This document shows, piece after piece, positions 57,048 through 64,000 of a stretch of DNA of 64,000 nt. The DNA is taken from IMG/VR virus record IMGVR_UViG_3300020048_000014, positions 64,001-128,000 of that record; one strand, written 5' to 3'. Source of the stretch: a virus. The notes under the pieces were generated by a model that was given only the letters and a program-made list of their open reading frames with translations, was not told the DNA's origin and made no database searches. Position numbers and translations under genes: made by a program. Position 1 is the first letter of the stretch. Each line of letters opens with the position of its first letter.

Positions 57048-57934
57048 AATAAACTCAAATTTGTAGTAAACCCGATGAACTTTTCGGTCATTTGTCCACC
57101 CGATGCCCATTCTCCACCTCCACCATCACATAAATTCTCTGCCATGTACGTGATATCAGCAGTGGAACCTACGGGTTTCCTAAAAGAGACGAACTTTGTG
57201 TCGGGATTGACCACGATAATAACATCAGCTTTGTGATTGTCAATCAACTCCTTGGCGATTTCATTCACAGACAGCTTTGAGAATGCTGCTAGAACCTTCC
57301 AACCCTTGAATTCCCCTGAATAAAGGTCCATTGTCGATACCTCATCATCAATTTCTTTGAAAAATCCTTCTGCGAGGTTAATTTCCTCGTCTGTAAGACC
57401 ATCATACCCATCAAAAAATCTATTTACAAATTTATAGAAGTTTCTATATCCCATTCTACGATAAATCGCATTCAGATACTTGGATTCTTCATGTTTTAGG
57501 AGATATTCGTTGTAATCATCCACATAAACCAGTAATTTCTTAACATTTACCGAAAATTCTTTAATCTTTTTGAACTTTTTGTAGATTAATTTTGAACAAG
57601 ATGTGTATTCTTCAGTGATTAACATAGAATCATAAGCTGTAAGCTTCTCTCCACGATCTGAAATGATCACAAGTCGAGGATCATCAATCTTATTGAGCAA
57701 TCTTTGATCAATAACCATACCAACTACAAAAACTTTATCATAGTTTTCTAAATTGGTCTTAGCCCATTTCCAATATAGTTCCTCAAACTTGCCAAAAAAA
57801 CAAGATTGATATTCAAATTCTTTAAATACCTGTCCTAGTAGGATAACAGAACAAGCCCCGTCTAAATCGGAGTTGGACCAAATAAAAATACGACTATGCA
57901 CGTCGATATTTATAATATTTTTCATAAATGTCAA
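57044..57934 (-). CDS. DHH/DHHA1-family phosphoesterase homologue with degenerate catalytic motifs
   Basis: SDLDG, TSCSKL, VDDYNEY, SFR, GGGGEWASGG; DHH motif absent. Confidence 0.7.
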   Translation of the reverse strand: MTFMKNIINIDVHSRIFIWSNSDLDGACSVILLGQVFKEFEYQSCFFGKFEELYWKWAKTNLENYDKVFVVGMVIDQRLLNKIDDPRLVIISDRGEKLTAYDSMLITEEYTSCSKLIYKKFKKIKEFSVNVKKLLVYVDDYNEYLLKHEESKYLNAIYRRMGYRNFYKFVNRFFDGYDGLTDEEINLAEGFFKEIDDEVSTMDLYSGEFKGWKVLAAFSKLSVNEIAKELIDNHKADVIIVVNPDTKFVSFRKPVGSTADITYMAENLCDGGGGEWASGGQMTEKFIGFTTNLSLL

Positions 57935-59254
57935 TCAATTCTTCGTCAGTCTCTCCAATATGCTCAAATCATCATCCTCCATCAATTCCGCAGATTCTTC
58001 GCTTTGTAATACTGTGAGTGTTTCATATTCTATTCTCATTGGTTGAACCATTCCTCTGGCCCCATATCGATTTTTAATCATTCCTAGTTTGATAATACCC
58101 AATTCCATATCTTCATCCGATTGAAAAATTGACATGATACAGTCAGAAACGTGAGCAATTCCCATGCTTTCTCCGATACCTTCTAAACCGGGATTTTCTT
58201 TACCATATCCCGGTTTAGATAATTGACAAGCTGAAAAAAATGGACATTTAAAAATATAAGATAATGCTCTTATTTGTTCACATATGTATTTCACTCTCTC
58301 ATAAGAGTTTGCTCCCTTCTCAGTCGTCAAAAGACTCAGATAATCTATAACTACCGCATCAATTCTCTCCCCAGAATCGACAATCTTTTTAATAAAGGCT
58401 TCGATTTGTTTCGGGGTTATACTGGATGGGGGAAATTCTTTAATTAGTATTCTACCATCTGGGTTATTCTTTTTCTCATCTATCAACAATGACCTAAGAG
58501 AATGAGTATTGAATTTAAAATCCTTCATCGGAATCTTTGAAATATTAGATGCGATTCTCTTAGCGTAGACCATCTCAGACATCTCCAGCGATATCACAAG
58601 GACGCTCTTACCCTGTTTGGCGATGTTTGCTGCCACATTACCAAGAAAGATACTCTTCCCAATATTAGCCTGTCCTGCGAACATATATAGAGCCTTGCCA
58701 GACTCCAAATATCCACCCCCGAGAGCATCATCTAACCATTCCCACCCAGATGAGATATAGTTTTCAACATTTAGAATATCATCAATAATTGAATCAACAT
58801 CTTTATAAATCTCAATACCTCTATCAATATTCAAACTTATTTTACATATCTCATCAAACGCTTCTAGAACTTTCTGTGGATTCTTTACTTTATCCTCGGC
58901 ATTCTCCGCGATATCTATCATCTGACACCATGTAGCTCTTTCCTTTAAGAACTTCTCGGTGTTTTCATACAATTCATCTTTGTCAAACTCCTTATCTAAG
59001 GTCTTAAATGATTCTAGAAGTTTGCGGAAGTTGTTTTTAAGAATATCATTAGTGAGATATGTTTTAACTTCTGTAAATGTCGGGAGCTTTTTTCTCCTAT
59101 CGTAGAAATCATTTACAATTTTAAAGTATTCGGCTATATTTTGATTCTCAAAGTATTCGGGTTTTACATAATCAGCTATTGTGTTGAGATAAGTGGAATT
59201 AGTAATAGCGTGATAGCATATAATTTTCTCGTATTCGTCTAAATCAATTTGCAT
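57935..59254 (-). CDS. gp41: Replicative DNA helicase (DnaB-like)
   Basis: FAGQANIGKS, ISLEMSE, LIKEFPP, VIDYL, ACQL, ESMGI, KNRYG. Confidence 0.95.
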   Translation of the reverse strand: MQIDLDEYEKIICYHAITNSTYLNTIADYVKPEYFENQNIAEYFKIVNDFYDRRKKLPTFTEVKTYLTNDILKNNFRKLLESFKTLDKEFDKDELYENTEKFLKERATWCQMIDIAENAEDKVKNPQKVLEAFDEICKISLNIDRGIEIYKDVDSIIDDILNVENYISSGWEWLDDALGGGYLESGKALYMFAGQANIGKSIFLGNVAANIAKQGKSVLVISLEMSEMVYAKRIASNISKIPMKDFKFNTHSLRSLLIDEKKNNPDGRILIKEFPPSSITPKQIEAFIKKIVDSGERIDAVVIDYLSLLTTEKGANSYERVKYICEQIRALSYIFKCPFFSACQLSKPGYGKENPGLEGIGESMGIAHVSDCIMSIFQSDEDMELGIIKLGMIKNRYGARGMVQPMRIEYETLTVLQSEESAELMEDDDLSILERLTKN

Positions 59255-59936
59255 ATTTGTTTAAAAAGTAGGTTTCACCGTCAAGCCACTCTTGGCTTAC
59301 TTCTTGAAGTCCGGGTGATTCATGAGTAATCAAAATATCACCAACTCCGACCCTTAATCCAGCCAAGTGACAAGAAAGTGACATTACCAGATCGTAAAAA
59401 TGGAACTTCGATGGACAATTCTCATCAAATCTCACTGTCTCCATAGCTTTCCTGTTTAATGCCATGAAAACACCGTCAATCATTACTGCTCGATGAGGAT
59501 GTGGTCCAAAAAAGGTTTCATTTTTTCTAATATTATAATTATCATCTTGATAAGTGTGTTGAACACATCCATGCAGATTTCCTCCTTGGAATCCTCCACC
59601 CATCAAATGCCACAATGCTGGCGATTTTAATTCTACTTTAGATGCTCCAGCTACCCCAACTAAATCATAATCATCGAATAATTTCTCTAATTTAGGGATT
59701 GGGTCTTCTTCTAGGATTACATCATCGTGGACTAGGATGAGACAATCTAAATCATTTTCCAATGCCCAAGTTATTCTTTCATTATAAACCTTAGACAGCC
59801 CATCTTCATTATTGATGATTGCTATCGCATTTTTCCATAATTTTGGAAAATTATTTACAAGACTTTTGCATAAGGTGGTTTCGGAAAATACGCTCCCTCT
59901 GGTTGCAGTGACTATTCCATACTTTTTAATCTCCAT
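59244..59936 (-). CDS. Glycosyltransferase-like protein (GT-A)
   Basis: LSKVYN, LILVHDDV, VGVAG, IDGVFMA, FHFYDL, HESPG. Confidence 0.75.
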   Translation of the reverse strand: MEIKKYGIVTATRGSVFSETTLCKSLVNNFPKLWKNAIAIINNEDGLSKVYNERITWALENDLDCLILVHDDVILEEDPIPKLEKLFDDYDLVGVAGASKVELKSPALWHLMGGGFQGGNLHGCVQHTYQDDNYNIRKNETFFGPHPHRAVMIDGVFMALNRKAMETVRFDENCPSKFHFYDLVMSLSCHLAGLRVGVGDILITHESPGLQEVSQEWLDGETYFLNKYAN

Positions 59937-59942
59937 GAACTG

Positions 59943-59971
59943 ACTCTAGCACAGTGGACTCCCCGAGTCAA
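59943..59971 (-). promoter_or_regulatory. Sigma70-type promoter TTGACT-N17-TAGAGT heading the helicase operon
   Basis: -35 at 59971-59966, -10 at 59948-59943, ATG 6 nt downstream at 59936. Confidence 0.7.
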
Positions 59972-59975
59972 GGTT

Positions 59976-61166
59976 CTAAATACGCTCAATCACTTGCTGT
60001 GGAACGTAACCAGATTTGTAATTCAGATTCGGATAATATTTCACATAAACCTTGGGAACCAATCCATCTTCCTTCAATTTTCCAAATTCTCCATAATTTT
60101 TTGTATGTTTATGTATAACCAATTTATCTCTGTTAAAATCGGATTTTTTTACAATCTGACCATTATTAAATTGTATTAATTCTTGTCCGTCTAATAATTC
60201 CCCATACATTTTACCATCAAATTTATTTATTTGATGTAGTTGAGTTTCGTAAATATAACCATCTCCAGAGATAACTTTAAAAATCTGTGGATTATTCATA
60301 TTTTCCAATAATTTGATAATTTCCAGTTGTGTCATCTTATGTTCATTTAATTTTTTTATATTTCCTGTCCCATTTAAGTTTGATGTGTAATAAAAAATAG
60401 GAATATTTGTCGGCAAATTTAAAGAATTTATATATGCTTTTAGCCCGCCGATATCAATTCGATTTCTATTTTTGATAATATCATCATAATTCAAATTTTT
60501 CAAATATTGAAATTCATTAGTCAATCTAGACAATTTATCTTCCATCTTATCATAAAGATTTACTAATTTTGGAATATCTGTATCCTTGAATATGTAACCG
60601 TGGGATGACATAATCCTATACAAATCTCCAATAGATTCATATTTTATATTTGTAATATCTAATACGTTTATATATTCCCCATTTCTAGTTTTGGGATATA
60701 AAAATTTATGCATTTTACTATTATATTTTATATCCTCAATATATATAAGAGAATCTATCTTAGATTTTATAGAGTGCATCTTACTATTCAATCTATTTGA
60801 TAAGCTTTTGATATTTTTATCTAAAAAATCCTTTCGTGTTTTTGCCTGTGCTATTTGATCATCATCTAAGTCATCATCATCTTCTCTAAACTCATCTGCC
60901 CCGATCAAAATTGCTTTTGGAGTGTAATTACGATGTTTTAAAACTAATCCATCATTCGAATTATATCCCTTGGATTTAAATTTTATATCAGATTTATCAT
61001 ACATCAAGGTTATACCATCCCCAGTAAAGGACTGATTCGGTAAGCTAGAATCTATAGTAATATTTGAATTTGGTCGAAGACCATTTCTTAATATCGATAC
61101 TAAATCTTCTTCATTTCTTAGAGTGTGTAAAATGCCAGAAATCATATCAATATATTTAACACTCAA
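59976..61166 (-). CDS. Hypothetical protein, possible degenerate ART-like N-terminus
   Basis: LHTL...LVSILRNGLRP motif; start uncertain. Confidence 0.55.
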   Translation of the reverse strand: MSVKYIDMISGILHTLRNEEDLVSILRNGLRPNSNITIDSSLPNQSFTGDGITLMYDKSDIKFKSKGYNSNDGLVLKHRNYTPKAILIGADEFREDDDDLDDDQIAQAKTRKDFLDKNIKSLSNRLNSKMHSIKSKIDSLIYIEDIKYNSKMHKFLYPKTRNGEYINVLDITNIKYESIGDLYRIMSSHGYIFKDTDIPKLVNLYDKMEDKLSRLTNEFQYLKNLNYDDIIKNRNRIDIGGLKAYINSLNLPTNIPIFYYTSNLNGTGNIKKLNEHKMTQLEIIKLLENMNNPQIFKVISGDGYIYETQLHQINKFDGKMYGELLDGQELIQFNNGQIVKKSDFNRDKLVIHKHTKNYGEFGKLKEDGLVPKVYVKYYPNLNYKSGYVPQQVIERI

Positions 61167-61178
61167 CTAAATATACTC

Positions 61179-62819
61179 ATGACTTCTATAAATTTTGACT
61201 ATTTTGTTGAACGTGGGACTATTTTGACAGAAATGGCTAGACTCGCAACATTGTCGGGGGTAAAAAACCCTCCCCCAGCTCTAGTGAAAGCGTATGCAGA
61301 ATTAAGAACTGTTTTAGGAAAGAAATATGGATATGATCGATCATCATCAATTGATTGTATTGTTTTCTCATTCATTTATCAAGAATTATCCAATGATACT
61401 AGTCCTGAACATAATGCTTTGTGGAGAAGTGCTAAAAAAAATTGTCCCCAAAGAAAAAATGCTGCACTATCTATATTAGATGATTTAAATTCCAAAGGAT
61501 ATGATTTCACGGAACTTATTTCAGCAATGCATGATGAAGACAAAGTAAACGGGTTTGTTGAAAGCTGGCAGAATAGTGATGGTTCGAGAAATAAGGGAAT
61601 TGAAAATGTATTGAGCAAAGCTGGCTCTTCTCGAAAAGAATATATGCAATTAGCATCTGAGCTAAAACCCATAATCGCCCAAATGATGAGGGAGATGGGG
61701 TGGAGAAAAACCTCACGAACACGACGAGGAGAAAAATCCAAATATTTCAAAATTCCTTCTTCGACCCCGAAAGAATCAGATAATCAAGAATCATTTGAAT
61801 TAAAATCCGACCCTAATTTTGCAAATACTGAGTTGGTTTTAGATGCCATTGAACTTCTAGAATCCTATAATGATACAGTATCTTCAACTATCAAACAAAT
61901 AAAACAATTATATCAACAGAGATTAGATGATGGTAAACCTATAAGCAGAGAAAAGTTTTTATCACACATGGTGAAAAATATTTCATCTATACCAAATGCT
62001 AATATCAAATCAGAATTAATAGATTTGGTTAAATTATTTAAAGAATTGGAAAGCGATATTGCCGAAATTGAAGACCCCGACACTGAAATGGGTAGTATCG
62101 CCCTAATGATCAATAATATGAATATGTCTGATTCTGTAACATCATCGGACTTACCAGAGAACATATCTATCGACAACGATATTCTTTTAAAATATTTGAA
62201 GGATAGTGATATTTTGAACAAGTTTAAATTATTACTAAATCTGAAAAAGGAATTAGATCAAGACTATGCCTCCAAAAAGCTCGAAAAAATTAAAATGGCG
62301 ACTGAATTTGAACCAGATGTAACAAAATCTTCTTCCGGTAATCAACAAACTATCATATTTGCTAAGGAAAAAGAAATTGAACAAAAGCAAGCATCTGGTG
62401 AAGATGTATCTAAAGATTTGATTGATCTATCCAAGATGAAGAAAAGATTGGAGTATATCGACTCCGCTGCTTCTAGTAATACTCCACAAGTAAAATCAGC
62501 AAATCAACTTGGTGGTCAATTAAAGGCTCTGAATCGACAATTAGAATTATTGCAAAATGATTTAAGTAAAGCTGTGGATGAAGAAGATAAAGCCCCCATT
62601 CAAAGAAAAATTGATGGTCTAGAAAAGCTATATGATAAACTGACAGGTGATTTGATGGACGCTAAGGAACGTGAATCCACAATGTCAGAATCCGTTCTAT
62701 CTTATATGGAAGAACAAGTCTTTAGAGACAACAAATTCGGATCACAAAAAGGTCAATTTGTTGATAGAGGATTCAAGAAATTTAAAAACTATAACCATTG
62801 GTTTAACGCAAATGAGTGA
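61179..62819 (+). CDS. Hypothetical helical late protein
   Basis: 546 aa; TAAATA-N5-ATG; leader MTSINFDYFVE...ILTE. Confidence 0.75.
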   Translation: MTSINFDYFVERGTILTEMARLATLSGVKNPPPALVKAYAELRTVLGKKYGYDRSSSIDCIVFSFIYQELSNDTSPEHNALWRSAKKNCPQRKNAALSILDDLNSKGYDFTELISAMHDEDKVNGFVESWQNSDGSRNKGIENVLSKAGSSRKEYMQLASELKPIIAQMMREMGWRKTSRTRRGEKSKYFKIPSSTPKESDNQESFELKSDPNFANTELVLDAIELLESYNDTVSSTIKQIKQLYQQRLDDGKPISREKFLSHMVKNISSIPNANIKSELIDLVKLFKELESDIAEIEDPDTEMGSIALMINNMNMSDSVTSSDLPENISIDNDILLKYLKDSDILNKFKLLLNLKKELDQDYASKKLEKIKMATEFEPDVTKSSSGNQQTIIFAKEKEIEQKQASGEDVSKDLIDLSKMKKRLEYIDSAASSNTPQVKSANQLGGQLKALNRQLELLQNDLSKAVDEEDKAPIQRKIDGLEKLYDKLTGDLMDAKERESTMSESVLSYMEEQVFRDNKFGSQKGQFVDRGFKKFKNYNHWFNANE

Positions 62820-63246
62820 ATTTGATAAATTATATAAACAGTTGATGTTGGAGATGGCTAGACCAGTCACAATTCTACAACATAATCAAACATTGCAAGG
62901 TGCCTATGCGAAAGCTTTAAAGGTTATGCGGGCTACTGGACAAAAGAATGCTCCAACCTTTGCTATTTGGGATTATATTTGGAGATGTTTACCAGATTCT
63001 ATAAAAACACAGGATTTAGTTGACCAGAAAAGGAAAACCAGTTCCCCGACTCTTAAATTTTTCATCATAGATATATTAAAAAAGCTGCCTCCCGAAATTG
63101 AGAGACAGCTTATTAATGATTTGGGTGATGATGCTAGAGTAAAACAATACGTTCTTCGTCCTCTTAATGATAGAGGGTCTAGAGCAATCGGAAAAGCTAG
63201 GGCAGTTGGAACAGATTATTCTCCGAAGTCTATTCCTCTGAGGTGA
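62812..63246 (+). CDS. Hypothetical protein
   Basis: Start moved to MSEFDKLYKQLMLE at 62812, overlapping the upstream stop. Confidence 0.65.
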   Translation: MSEFDKLYKQLMLEMARPVTILQHNQTLQGAYAKALKVMRATGQKNAPTFAIWDYIWRCLPDSIKTQDLVDQKRKTSSPTLKFFIIDILKKLPPEIERQLINDLGDDARVKQYVLRPLNDRGSRAIGKARAVGTDYSPKSIPLR

Positions 63247-64000
63247 CTTCTAGTTTATCGAGTTTATCAGAAACTTTTTTCTTAAGCTTCCTTAGTTCAT
63301 CTAAGGGATTTGAAGGTTTTTCTTCAACTACTTCTTCGATATCATCCTCCTCTTCTGGAAGCTCCTCATCTTCTTTAAGATTACCATAAGACCATTCTTT
63401 TTTAATACGACTCTCAAGTTCGGGTAGAAGTGTATTATCCCATAGATCTTTGTCACCTTTCCAATTCTTATAAAATCCTAATTTTTCCCCGCTCCAATCA
63501 TAATAAATAGATCCTTTATTTTCGACAACGCCCATCCCCTTCATAATCTCAAGCAGACCGTAATATCTATTAAGTCCAGTTGAAAATGATAGATACATTT
63601 CACACTCAAGATACTGCTTCATGAAGCGATTCTTAGTTGTAAGTGCTCTGACTACAATACCGGAGTATTTCTTCTGAGCGACTGCTAGTTTAGAATCCAA
63701 TGTCTTACCATCATCATCAGCTACTAGTTTTCTGGCTAGCTGAACAGTTACCGATGGTAGATAAATACACGATTTACCACATGCGATATTGTTTTCAATA
63801 GATGGAAACATCTGAGCAGGATTATCAAAAACATGATTACTGAAAATAATCGGAGTTTTTGTAATTGTTGACATGTTAGTACAGGTAGTCAGTAATGATT
63901 TAACTGCTTTGGCTTTACTACCCATATCTGACGACACCGATTCCTTTTCCATACGAGTTAGATCCATTTCCGATTGAAGATTAGCCAAGGAATCAATGGC
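63230..64000 (-). CDS. uvsX: RecA-like recombinase, partial (5' end beyond window)
   Basis: AIDSL Walker B at the edge, IFSNHV, VTVQL, LTTKNRF, GLNRYYGL. Confidence 0.9.
   Translation of the reverse strand, partial: AIDSLANLQSEMDLTRMEKESVSSDMGSKAKAVKSLLTTCTNMSTITKTPIIFSNHVFDNPAQMFPSIENNIACGKSCIYLPSVTVQLARKLVADDDGKTLDSKLAVAQKKYSGIVVRALTTKNRFMKQYLECEMYLSFSTGLNRYYGLLEIMKGMGVVENKGSIYYDWSGEKLGFYKNWKGDKDLWDNTLLPELESRIKKEWSYGNLKEDEELPEEEDDIEEVVEEKPSNPLDELRKLKKKVSDKLDKLEVTSEE

Noticed and set aside
1-64000. tRNA genes and a specific host assignment
   Set aside because: Intergenic gaps are short with no cloverleaf or T-loop consensus seen; nothing in the window identifies the host taxon.

Overview
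A 64 kb AT-rich segment of a large T4-like (myovirus) bacteriophage genome, densely coding in standard code 11. I see no CRISPR array, tRNA, rRNA, integrase or reverse transcriptase. Left part: contractile tail and baseplate genes (gp53-, gp48-, gp26-, gp54-like, tape measure/hub, tail tube gp19, sheath gp18, gp3-like, gp6, gp25), large terminase gp17 and neck gp14. Middle: tail fibre/adhesin genes interleaved with a sugar-modification set (RmlA, a plant-type epimerase/reductase, sulfotransferase, glycosyltransferases) and a Thr/Pro mucin-like protein. Right part: replication genes (gp44, gp61 primase, gp45, gp32, gp41, UvsX) and a GIY-YIG/NUMOD3 endonuclease. Most notable observations: (1) 27 start codons, almost all of structural/late-type genes, sit 5-6 nt after TAAATA with no Shine-Dalgarno, implying leaderless late mRNAs; (2) many unannotated late proteins, including an ADP-ribosyltransferase-like and a Nudix protein, begin with leaders resembling the T4 capsid-targeting sequence, suggesting a large head-packaged injected payload; (3) a cassette bounded by exact 44-bp direct repeats (15081-17455) carries the ART gene, a T9 frameshift and a synonymously recoded 13-codon fragment of the downstream neck gene; (4) a 17-aa-repeat fibre gene has frozen synonymous sites but hypervariable NNT codons. 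All product calls come from motif recognition, with no database search.
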